This document shows, piece after piece, positions 12,262-23,354 of a stretch of 64,000 bases of DNA; within the stretch, counting starts at the first letter, position 1; every line of letters starts with the position of its first letter. The stretch covers positions 5,456,001-5,520,000 of the forward strand of contig NC_135820.1 in assembly GCF_964213995.1 (NCBI RefSeq), written 5' to 3'. The notes under the pieces are model-generated. The model saw nothing but the letters and a program-made list of their open reading frames with translations. It ran no database searches and was not told where the DNA came from. The position numbers and the translations under genes were made by a program. Source of the stretch: Mustelus asterias. Lineage: Eukaryota.

Positions 12262-15200
12262 ATGATGAAGTGTGTTCCCCTCATCCTGACGTTTATCCAA
12301 AGTACAAGATTCTTTTAATAATTTCCGATTGAGGGTGTATCCGCCTAGTGAATAAAATAACATATTCATTACTTATAGAGATAAGAATGGTTAATTAAAG
12401 ACTTGTAAATTAATGTTGAGGCAGTAATGCATCTCATATTGGAAATTCTATTCTGTATTTTACTGAATTGACAGAATTCTGACTTCAATGTGTTTGAGTG
12501 AAATATTTACTAGAATTTGAATCGTTTCAATGGGAACTTGCAGAGTTGTAATTGTTGGCGATGTATATATAACAGTGGATGCTTCAAGGGAAATGTAACA
12601 GTGCTGAGCTGTAATTTTGGGATTATTCTATTTGGTTTATCATTGGTCAGCTCATTATTTATGAAATGGATATGTGTTTATCAGTTCTCCATAGTTCCCG
12701 ATGGTCTGTGAGGATTCCCTGGAATGTGACGGCTGTGAGAGGCTCGTGTGCAGAAATCCCGTGTACATTTGATTATCCCGACACATACAGCAATCCGCGG
12801 ATTCTGTGGTTGAAGGGGGGTTCTGATCCTCGTACCCCTGGGGTTTCTGTTATCTATGATTCCGCAGAGCCAGAGAGAGCAGCCCCGGGATATAGAGGGA
12901 GAATTGAGCTGAAGGGAAATGTGACAGGGAAACAGTGCTCCTAATTGACAAAGGACCTCAGGAGGGGGGAAGGAGGGGATTATTACATCAGAGTGAAGAT
13001 GACCACTCCCTGGAATAGTGCCGAAGATCACCTTCAGAAAATTCCTGTCTCTCTCCCAATTCTAGGTATGTTTTCCATTCATTTGTGAGGAGTTTATATT
13101 CCGCTTTCTCAGTGAGCAGGGTGTCATTGTGTGCTGTTACTGTTGGCGAATGTTAAAGGCTTCAGCTCCAGGGTTGGTACAGTGAACCATATCCAGATGT
13201 GTTTGATTGTATTGACCTCAACACAAGTTCTAGAGAGGTTGAGGAAAGAATTGCGGAGTCAATCCTGCTTAGGAGTGAAAGTAATAGGGCAATTGTTATG
13301 GGGGATTTTAACTTGACTAATATTGACTGGAATTGTTATAGCTCTAGCTCGTTAGAGGGGTCAGTTTTTGTTCAAAGCGTGCAGGAAGGTTTTTTGACTC
13401 AGTATGTAGACAGGCCAACTAGAGGTGAGGCTATATTGGATCTGGTGCTGGGAAATGAGCCAGACCAGGTGCTAGACTTGGAAGTTGGTGTGCATTTTGG
13501 TGATAGTGACCACAATTCGGTTACGTTCACCTTAGTGATGGAAAGGGATAGGCATGAACCTCGGGCCAGTGGTTTTAGCTGGGGGAAGGGTAATTATGAG
13601 GCTATTAGGAGAGAATTAGGAAACATAGGTTGGACTAGGAGATTACAGGGACTGGGAACGTCCGACATGTGGAGTTTTTTCAAGGAGCAGCTACTGCGAG
13701 TCTGTGATAGGTATGTCCCTGTCAGGCAAGGAGGAATTGGTAGGGCTAGGGAACCGTGGTGCACCAAAAAAGTTTCTTTGTTGGTTAAAAAGAAAAAGGA
13801 GGCTTATGTTCGGATGAGACGTGAGCACTCGGGTAGTGCACTAGAAAGCTTTAGATTGGCTAAGAGGGAGTTGAAGAGCGAGCTTAGAAGGGCTAAAAGG
13901 GGACATGAGAAGACTTTGGCGGATAGGGTTAAAGAGAATCCTAAGGCGTTCTATAGGTATGTCAAGAACAGAAGGTTGGTTAGGGCAAGTTTAGGGCCAG
14001 TTATAGATGGCAGAGGGAAGTTATGTGTGGAACCGGAGGAGATTGGTGAAGCATTGAACCAATATTTCTCTTCGGTGTTCACGCAAGGGGACATGAATAT
14101 AGCTGAGGAGGACACTGGGTTGCAAGGGAGTAGAATAGACAGTATTACAGTTGATAAGGAGGATGTGCAGGATATTCTGGAGGGTCTGAAAATAGATAAA
14201 TCCCCTGGTCCGGATGGGATTTATCCAAGGATTCTCTGGGAGGCAAGAGAAGTGATTGCAGAGCCTCTGGCTCTGATCTTCAGGTCGTCGTTGGCCTCTG
14301 GTATAGTACCAGAAGATTGGAGGTTAGCGAATGTTGTCCCATTGTTTAAGAAGGGGAACAGAGACTTCCCCGGGAATTATAGACCGGTGAGTCTCACTTC
14401 TGTTGTCGGCAAGATGTTGGAAAAAATTATAAGGGATAGGATTTATAGTTATTTGGAGAGTAATGAATTGATAGGTGATAGTCAGCATGGTTTTGTGGCA
14501 GGTAGGTCGTGCCTTACTAACCTTATTGAGTTTTTTGAGAAAGTGACCAAGGAGGTGGATGGGGGCAAGGCAGTGGACGTGGTATATATGGATTTTAGTA
14601 AGGCGTTTGATAAGGTTCACCATGGTAGGCTTCTGCAGAAAATGCAGATGTATGGGATTGGGGGTGATCTAGGAAATTGGATCAGGAATTGGCTAGCGGA
14701 TAGGAAACAGAGGGTGGTGGTTGATAGTAAATATTCATCATGGAGTGCGGTTACAAGTGGTGTACCTCAGGGATCTGTTTTGGGGCCACTGCTGTTTGTA
14801 ATATTTATTAATGATCTGGATGAGGGTATAGTTGGGTGGATTAGCAAATTTGCTGATGACACCAAAGTCGGTGGTGTGGTAGACAGTGAGGAAGGGTGTC
14901 GTAGTTTGCAGGAAGACTTAGACAGGTTGCAAAGTTGGGCCGAGAGGTGGCGGATGGAGTTTAATGCGGAGAAGTGTGAGGTAATTCACTTTGGTAGGAA
15001 TAACAGATGTGTTGAGTATAGGGCTAACGGGAGGACTTTGAATAGTGTGGAGGAGCAGAGGGATCTAGGTGTATGTGTGCATAGATCCCTGAAAGTTGGG
15101 AATCAAGTAGATAAGGTTGTTAAGAAGGCATATGGTGTCTTGGCGTTTATTGGTAGGGGGATTGAATTTAGGAGTCGTAGCGTTATGTTGCAACTGTACA

Positions 15201-16897
15201 CAACTCTGGTGCGGCCGCACTTGGAGTACTGTGTGCAGTTCTGGTCCCCACATTACAGGAAGGATGTGGAGGCTTTGGAGAGGGTGCAGAGGAGGTTTAC
15301 CAGGATGTTGCCTGGTATGGAGGGGAGATCCTATGAGGAGAGGCTGAGGGATTTGGGATTGTTTTCGCTGGAAAGGCGGCGGCTAAGAGGGGATCTTATT
15401 GAAACATATAAGATGATTAGAGGTTTAGATAGGGTGGATAGTGATAGCCTTTTTCCTCTGATGGAGAAATCCAGCACGAGGGGGCATGGCTTTAAATTGA
15501 GGGGGGGTAGTTATAGAACCGATGTCAGGGGTAGGTTCTTTACCCAGAGGGTGGTGAGGGATTGGAATGCCCTGCCAGCATCAGTAGTAAATGCGCCTAG
15601 TTTGGGGGCGTTTAAGAGATCCGTAGATAGGTTCATGGACGAAAAGAAATTGGTTTAGGTTGGAGGGTCACAGTTTTTTTTTTTAACTGGTCGGTGCAAC
15701 ATCGTGGGCCGAAGGGCCTGTTCTGCGCTGTAATGTTCTATGTTCTATGTTCTATGTTCAAACAGGTTATTGACATTCCAAACCCGCAGAAATTCCCGCC
15801 GCTGTCCACATACTAAATGTAACTTGGGAAAAGATTTGGAACTACACAGAACAACGAAAAACAACCCTTAATAGAGACTGAACATTGAGTGAAGGTTCAC
15901 ACTCTGAATGGACAGGAAGGTGCACACGGTCAGTACATAGGAGGAATTCCGTCGCCAATTCCCCCCGATTTTCCGTTTAATGAAGGTAGGAGTGTGTCCT
16001 GCATGTAAATAGCACATTTCATGAGCTGAGGTCGTTCCAAACAGATTCATCACTAATAAAGTGTCACTGCCCTAATGTACTCACACTCTCGGCAGTGAGA
16101 TTTGAACCCACTTTTCAGCCGGAGAGGCGAGTCCCAGAACCTGAGCCCTAACGTTTGTTCAAGGCAAGTTACCTTGGAGATCCCATTGGCCGTGATACAG
16201 AGCCGGAAAGTGTTACCATCGAATGCAAAGTGGCAACATTAATTTACAATATCAAAAAAACTTAAATCCAGAACCTTGCTTTGAAGACAGGTTATCTGGG
16301 AGATCCCACTGAATGTTAATGTCCTGGAAACTCCAGTGTGGAGTGAAAAATCCATGGATAATGTCCAAACCTCCCTCAGAAAATAGAATTCAATATTAAT
16401 AAAATGTTTCCAAGGCAAGGACAAGAAACTGAATGAGGGGAAATATCATTCCCAGGTCGAGTAAACAGACTGGTGTTTACTGAATTGTGTTCAAAGGGGG
16501 AAGGATGTTTTTCTATTTTTCTATTTTATCCAGTTTTACCCGTTAATTATTACCCTGTCTGGTCAGGACCAGGGCATCCAGAGACACTTCTGACAAATAA
16601 TGTGATACAACCCGGGACAGTTGATGGCTGGAAAACCAGTCCAGTTCACCTGCTCACTCACCCAGAGTTGTTCAGTTCCAGAGTTTAAACTGGAGTGGAT
16701 TGGAGAAGAATCTCCCATTCTGCCGGGCGCTCTAACTTCACAACACACCAGGAACAGTTTGGAGGATTCCTGGACGGTTTCATCAACTTTCTCCTTCACC
16801 CCATCACTGGATCAGCATGGGGAATCCCTGACCTGTAAACTCATCAGTGGCGATGGGCAGACAACTGTCCAAGAATCTCTGAGACTGGATGTGCAGT
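12262..16897 (+). pseudogene. Cassette 2: L2 (12262-12301), V2 (12685-13065), 5'-deleted C2 exon 1 (16611-16897)
   Basis: V2 has a TTA>TAA nonsense codon at 12942-12944. The C2 exon has lost its acceptor and first codons. No downstream + strand exons of its own. Confidence 0.88.
13220..15758 (+). mobile_element. 5'-truncated CR1 LINE with an uninterrupted ORF2 (partial APE, RT, C-terminus)
   Basis: ORF 13199-15658 has GDFN, GDSDH and a complete RT, followed by a (TTCTATG)n tail. Confidence 0.96.
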
Positions 16898-19014
16898 GTA
16901 GGTATCTGCGCTGGGATTTATTCAATCACCCTGACGGTAAATCAGATCAGAATCTGTCTGAGTCTCGCCTGGAAAACTGAACATTTGTAAAACTGAGATT
17001 GCGAGATTTCATTTTTAAGTTGTGACGTGTTGTTGAAGTTGTACAAGACATTCGTACGGCCACACTCGGAACACTGTTTACAGTTCTGTTCACCGTATTA
17101 CATAAATAATATTATTAAACTGGAAAGAGTGCAGAAAAGATTTACTAGGATGCTGACGGGACTTGATAGTTTGAGTTATAAGGAGAGGCTGGATAGACTG
17201 GGACTTTCTTCCCTGGAGGGTAGGAGGGTTAGGGGTGACCTTATAGATGTCTATAAAATAATGAGGGGCATAGGTAAGGTAGATAGTCAACACCTTTTCC
17301 CAAAGGTCGGGCAGTCTAAAACTGGAAGGCATAGGTTTAAGGTGAGAGGGGAGAGATACAAAAGGGCTCAGAGGGGCATTTTCTTCACTCAGAGAGTGTT
17401 GAGTGTCTGGAACGAGTTGCCAGAGGTAGTAGTAGAGGTGGGTAAAATAATGTATATACTATTTTAAATAAACCCAATAATCAAAAATAAACTGGTGGTG
17501 GGAGAGGGGTAGTGGGTCTGGCGGGGGGGGGGGGGGGGGGGGGGGTAGGGAGGTGTGACAGCCACTGGTGAGACACTGACAAAAATCGAAAACTTAAAGG
17601 GGACTTACAAAATCAGATTACAATGTCCTTCCCAGCCCCAATGGTGCCTATTGTCACAAAAGCAATAATTTATACTACTGACATTGGAATAATAAATCAT
17701 CCTAAATCACTCCAGAGGCATACTTGCAAACAGAAGTTGAGACCAGCTACATAAGGAGATGTCTCAGAGGGCAACCACCAAACAGGGTAAGGGCCTGATT
17801 TTAAGCGGTATCTCAAAGGAGGAGAGTAGCTCGACAGAATGTCGAGGATGGGGAATTTAAAACATTTGCGCCCAAGTGACTAAAGTCCTGGCTGGCAATG
17901 ATCCAGTCATTAAAGTCTGGGGTGTACAAGAGACCCAGAGGCACGAAGGGAACATATTGCTGCCTCTGTATTTGCCACACATCCCACCTAATCTGAAATA
18001 TATTTCCAAGGACCGGGTTGGGTTATTCCATCAGTTGGCCCACTTTCTCCCATTTTCCCTGACCTTTCTGGGAATATTCCTGACACTGGCCCCTGTGGTG
18101 ATTGTTGTGTTGACATTGGGGAATATCATACACGTTACAATTCATGGGAGTGACATTATTGATGTCCCTGTGTGTATTGAAGGGTCCCACTCATCACTTA
18201 CATTGCACGGAGATGTGTGTGGAACTCCTGGCGGTGCCCAGATTATTTGCAGCCTCGCACCAATATTCCCTTCATCTTCAGAACTCACATTGTGAATGAA
18301 GAGCTTCAGCTCCGCGGCGGGAGAGTTGCTGATCTCTACCCCACGTTGACTCAATGTTAAATTGACTGGGGGGATCCCTGAGCTTTGCAATACAATAAGA
18401 ATGAACTTTCTTCCACTGATACTATAGAGGTGTTGAGGATTGGTTTGCAAAGTGCACCTGAAACCACAAGTTTGTTGGTGCTATAAGAAAATGAAGATTA
18501 AAATTTAAAAAAATAAGTTTCCCTCAGTGTCACCAAACAGGTGCTGGTTTGTTGCAACCTGGGGATTTTCACAGTGACTTAATTGCAGTGTTAATGTAAG
18601 CCTACTTGTGACACTAATAAATAAATAATTCTTCACTTCAGTTAATTGTTTAATTACCTGGCTGAACTTCTAATCAATAAACCCATTAACTCCAAAGGCC
18701 ATTCTTCCCAGATTGAGAGTTCTTAACTTTCCCAATGGTGTAGAACACAATTTTAGCATCAAGACCAACACCCCAGCAGCTTCACACAGAAACTAATGAT
18801 CATTTGATTTTCTGACTTGCACGATATCAACGGTTAGCAATGTAGAAGGACAACATCTCACCAACATTCAATCAGATTACTCTCTCTATCTAATGTTGTA
18901 AAATTATTCATTTCTGATTTGAGAACAATTCAGCTCAATGTAATTTAGCTCAGAGGATAACATAGGTTTAGTTTCAGTAACACATGGGGAGGGAAGAGTT
19001 AAAATTATTCTTAC

Positions 19015-19068
19015 TCCCTGGTGATTCAGTGGTTAGGATTCGGCGCTTTCACTGCCACGGCCCGGTTT
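19015..19068 (+). pseudogene. Truncated tRNA-Glu(TTC)-like sequence fused to a SINE (second copy 35052-35105)
   Basis: TCCCTGGTGATTCAGTGGTTAGGATTCGGCGCTTTCACTGCCACGGCCCGG matches the 5' two-thirds of vertebrate tRNA-Glu. The T-loop and 3' acceptor strand are missing. Confidence 0.75.
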
Positions 19069-19380
19069 GGCAGCACGGTGACACAGTGGTTAGCACGACT
19101 GCCTCACAGCGCCAGGGACCTGGGTTCAATTCCAGCCTCAGTTGACTCTCAGTGTGGAGTTCTGCCCGTGTCTGCGTGGGTTTCCTCTGGGCGCTCCGGT
19201 TTCCTCCCACACTCCAAAGATGTGCGGGTTTGGTGGATTGGCCATACCAAATTGCCCCTTAGTGTCAGGGGGACTAGGATGTTAAATATGTGGGGTTAAG
19301 GGATAGAGCTTGGGTGGGATTGTTGTTCGTGCAGACTCGATGAGCCTAATGGCCTCCTTCTGCACTGGAGGATTCTGTAA
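19069..19380 (+). mobile_element. HE1-type V-SINE (paralog 35106-35416)
   Basis: GGCAGCACGGTGACACAGTGGTTAGC head, V-domain and CR1-type tail. Confidence 0.85.
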
Positions 19381-20539
19381 AAGCTTTGGATATCAATGGT
19401 TTTTAATTCTGTGTGAATGCATTTAATTGAAGTGAAATTATATATTATGACTGTTTGTGAAGTATTTTTATTTAACTGAGAAAACATCTTTTAAGTAATA
19501 TATATTAACTAAAATTTAACATGTCTGTGTCTCTCACTAAAAATGGTAACACTACAAATATTCCAAGCAGTTAGTTAAAAATGCAGAAGCGGCAGTGATG
19601 GAATTTGAATGTTCATGATCTGCTTAACAGTGACATCATGTTTCAATATAAGAACAAACAATGCAACATCGAATTTGGAATATCATTAACAAGCCTGAGA
19701 TAACATCAGATCCAAGGGCCCTGGATTTGATATCATCAAGATGCTTTGGTATTTATGTCACAGATAATACAAGAAAGGAATGGCATCTTAAGATTGTGCC
19801 ATATCGGTGGCAATCAGATATTCAGAATCATAGAATCACAGAATCCCACAGTGCAGAAGAGGCCCCTCGGCCCATCGAGTCTGCACTGATGCACAAAATG
19901 CCCTGCTCACCTAATCCCACTTGCCAGCACTTGGCCTATAGCCTGATGGATATTGGGATGGATCAATAGAAACATCACTATGTCACTATAGAGTGGTGAA
20001 TCTGTGGAACTCTTTGCCACATAAGGCTGTGGAGGCCAGGTCATTGAGTTTCTTTAAGACAGAGATAGATAGGTTCTTGATTAATAAGGCGATCAGGAGA
20101 ATGGAAATGAGAAAGAAAATCAGCCATGATTGAATGGCAGAGCAGACTCGATGGGCTGAGTGGCCTAATTCTGCTCCTATGTCTAATGATCTTATATTGG
20201 GTGGCATATTGCAATTGACTATGATGTTTGACATGGTAAAGAATGGCAATTTAACATGCAATAAAATCGAATTAAACAAAAGACTTAATAAGAAAAATAT
20301 ATAATTGTATTTTTTTGGAATGATTTGATTTGATTTATTATTGTCACATAGAAACATAGAAACCCTACAGTGCAGAAGGAGGCCATTCGGCCCATCGAGT
20401 CTGCACCGACCACAATCCCACCCAGGCCCTACCCCCACATATTTTACCCGCTAATCCCTCTAACCTACGTATCCCAGGACTCTAAGGGACAATTTTTGAC
20501 CTGGCCAATCAACCTAACCCACACATCTTTGGACATATA

Positions 20540-21017
20540 TGAGCATGCAGTGGAAAGTATTGTTTCTTGCACGCGATACAGACAAAGCATATCATTCCGA
20601 GAGAACGAAATGAGAGATTGCAGAATGTGGTCTTATAGTCATAGCTAGGGTGCAGAGAAAGATCAACTTAATGCAAGGTAGTCCATTCAAAAGTCTGACA
20701 GCAGCAGGGAAGAAGCTGTTCTTGAGTTGGTTGGTACGTGACCTCAGACTTTTGTATCTTTTTCCCGATGGAAGAAGTTGGAAGAAAGTATGTCTGGAGT
20801 GCGTGGTATCCTTGATTATGCTGGCTGCTTTGCCGAGGCAGCGGGAAGTGCAGACAGAGTCAATGGATGGGAGGCTGGTTTGCGTGATGGATTGGGCTAC
20901 ATTCACGACCTTTTGTAGTTTCTTGCTGTGTTGGGCAGAGCAGGAGCCATACCAAGCTGTGATACAACCAGAAAGAATGCCTCCTATGGTACATCTGTAA
21001 AAATTGGTAAGAGTCAC
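20540..21017 (-). mobile_element. Rex1/Babar-like non-LTR retrotransposon 3' fragment (second copy about 38740-39241)
   Basis: LTNFYRCTI..ILSGCITAWYGSC...LLPSGKRY..RT..LKNSFFP.AVRLLN C-terminal motif. Confidence 0.7.
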
Positions 21018-21919
21018 AAAGTTGGGATTTTTGGAAGGCTTAGTGGTATTCTGTAGCTTGGCAATCTGAGGATTTCCCTTTAGCCATTCTTTATGTTCGT
21101 GTCTGTCTATGTAAGTTTTATATGTTTTTTAAAATAAATCTTGGTACGCTTTCAAACCGAAAGATTTTGCCTTTGCGAGATTTAATTTTCAAAATATTTA
21201 GTTTTTCTAAGGAAGCAGGCCGTCATTCGAAATATCCCCACTTCAAGCAACCTGTGGGATAATAGTGGGTTCGAAGCAAACTCATTGAGCTACCAATATC
21301 ACTCCGTGTGTCAGCGACAATGTGAAATAATATGATGGACCAGGAACGGCTAAGAGTTTGATTGATAGACAACGGGGAGAAACGACCTCCAACCCTAACA
21401 AATAGATCATGGCGGCTCAGTACTTCAATGGCGGTTGATATCGCTCTACTTAAAAATGAAATCATGCAATCACAGTTTTACAAATGCTCAGTTTTCCAGG
21501 CGAGACTCAGACAGATTCTGATTTATCGGCAGGGTGGTTGAATAAATCCCAGCGCAGATACCGACACTGCACATCCAGTCTCAGAGATTCTTGGACAGTT
21601 GTCTGCCCATCGCCACTGATGAGTTTACAGGTCAGGGGTTCCCCATGCTGATCCAGTGATGGGGTGAAGGAGAAAGTTGATGAAACCGTCCAGGAATCCT
21701 CCAAACTGTTCCTGGTGTGTTGTGAAGTTAGAGCGCCCGGCAGAATGGGAGATTCTTCTCCAGTCCACCCCAGTTAAAACTCCGGAACTGAACAACTCTG
21801 GGTGAGTGAGCAGGTGAACGGGCCTGGTTTTCCAGCTATCAACTGTCCCGGGACTGAGATATGCAGTTTCTCTGTAAGGAACAGAGGAAATTCAAGTTAC
21901 CCAAGATTCCAACCAGTGA

Positions 21920-22377
21920 ATGCGTTGAGCTTCACTGGAACATTGCAGCAAGAAAAGGACTTGCTCCCATGCCCACATGTCTATCCTTGGCTTGCTGCAA
22001 TGTTCCAGTGAAGCTCAATGCAAACTGGAGGAACAGCATCTCATCTCCTGGCTAGGCACTTTACAGCCTTCCGGTCTCAACATCGAATTCAACAACTTCA
22101 GATGATTTGCTCTACTCCACCTCGACCCCTTTGTTTTCATTCCATTTTATTTAATTTTTTTACTATTCTCTACCTTTTATTTCTTTATGGTCTTTCTTCA
22201 TTTTTCGCTCCCCCCTCACCCCCACTCTTTCCTTCCCCCTACTTCATCCCTCTTTTCTCCCTCCCGCTTACCCTTTTCTACATTCTACTTCTGGCCCATT
22301 CCACCCCGCACCCACCCCCCCCCCCCCCCCCCCCCCCCCACCCAAATCTCCATCTGTCACAGTTTACAGCTTTCCCC
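21920..22377 (+). mobile_element. Penelope-like element family 2 fragment (paralog about 40130-41560, 3' end also at about 1483-1592)
   Basis: Encodes KLEEQHLI..LGTLQPSGLNIEFNNFR*, resembling a GIY-YIG C-terminus, with a short inverted copy at the 5' end. Confidence 0.7.
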
Positions 22378-22792
22378 AAGGCGGCCTTCACGACACACGA
22401 CAGCGCAGAGTCGCTGAGCAGAAACTGATAGCCAAGTTCCGCACACATGAGGACGGCCTAAACCGGGATGTTGGATTCGTGTCACATTATGAGTAACCCC
22501 CACAGCTTGCCTCCTGGACTTGCAGGCTGTCCTGTCTGGAGACAATACACATCTCTTTAACCTGTGCTTAATGCTCCCTCCACCCACATTGTCTGTATCT
22601 TTAAGACCTGGCTGGTTGTAGGGATTCGCATTCTAATCAGTATTCTGTAACTTGATTTTGTGTTTCTGTGCACTGTTTTAGAGCACATTTCCACTCCATC
22701 TGATGAAGGAGCAGCGCTCCGAAAGCTTATGGTATTTGTTACCAAATAAACCTGTTGGACTTTAACCTGGTGTTGTTAAAACTCTTACTGTG
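22378..22792 (+). mobile_element. Penelope-like element family 1, 3' fragment
   Basis: Encodes QGGLHDTRQRRVAEQKLIAKFRTHEDGLNRDVGF*, resembling a GIY-YIG C-terminus (R..E..I...T..GLN), followed by a pLTR with a hammerhead motif. Confidence 0.8.
22696..22732 (+). ncRNA. Minimal type I hammerhead ribozyme motif
   Basis: CCAT-CTGATGA-A-GGAGC-AGC-GCTCC-GAAA-GC-TTA-TGG: both core boxes, a 5-bp stem II, palindromic AAGCTT stem III and a CCA/TGG stem I. Confidence 0.75.
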
Positions 22793-23354
22793 ATCTCCCA
22801 GATAACCAGTCTTCAAAGCAAAGTTCTGACATTAAGTTTTTTTGACATTGTGAATTAATGTTTCCACTTTGTATTCAATGGCAACACTTTCCGGCTCTGT
22901 ATCGTGCCAATTCACAGCCAATGGGATCTCCAAGGTAACTTGCCTTTAACAAAGGTTAGGGCTCAGGTTGTGGGACTCTCCGGCTGAAAAGTGGGTTCAA
23001 ATCCCATTGCCGAGAGTGTGAGTACTTTCGGGCAATGACACTTTATTAGTGATGAATCTGTTTGGAACGATCTCAGCTCATGAAAGGCGCTATTTAAATG
23101 CAGGACACACTCCTACCTTCATTAAACGGAGGGGTATTAACGACGGGGTTCCTCCCATGTACTGACCGTGTTCACCTTCCTGTCCATTCAGAGTGTGAAC
23201 CTTCACTCAATGTTCAACCTCGATTAAGGGTTGTTTTTTGTTGTTGTTCTGTACAGTTCCAAACCTTTTCCCAAGTTGTACTTAGTAAGTGGACAGCGGC
23301 GGGGATTTCTGCGGGTTTGCAATGTCAGTAACCTGTTTGAGTTCAGGTCAATAA

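Noticed and set aside
9568-12711. Repeated short ORFs (MPSSSDS..., MQWCQTS..., MNRFNGN...) as small genes
   Set aside because: They recur only because the promoter and intron are duplicated, and most start at non-ATG codons. Only the MMKCVPLILMFIQ part is a real exon.
19015-19068. Functional tRNA-Glu gene
   Set aside because: It lacks the T-loop/B box and 3' acceptor stem, and has mismatches in the arms.
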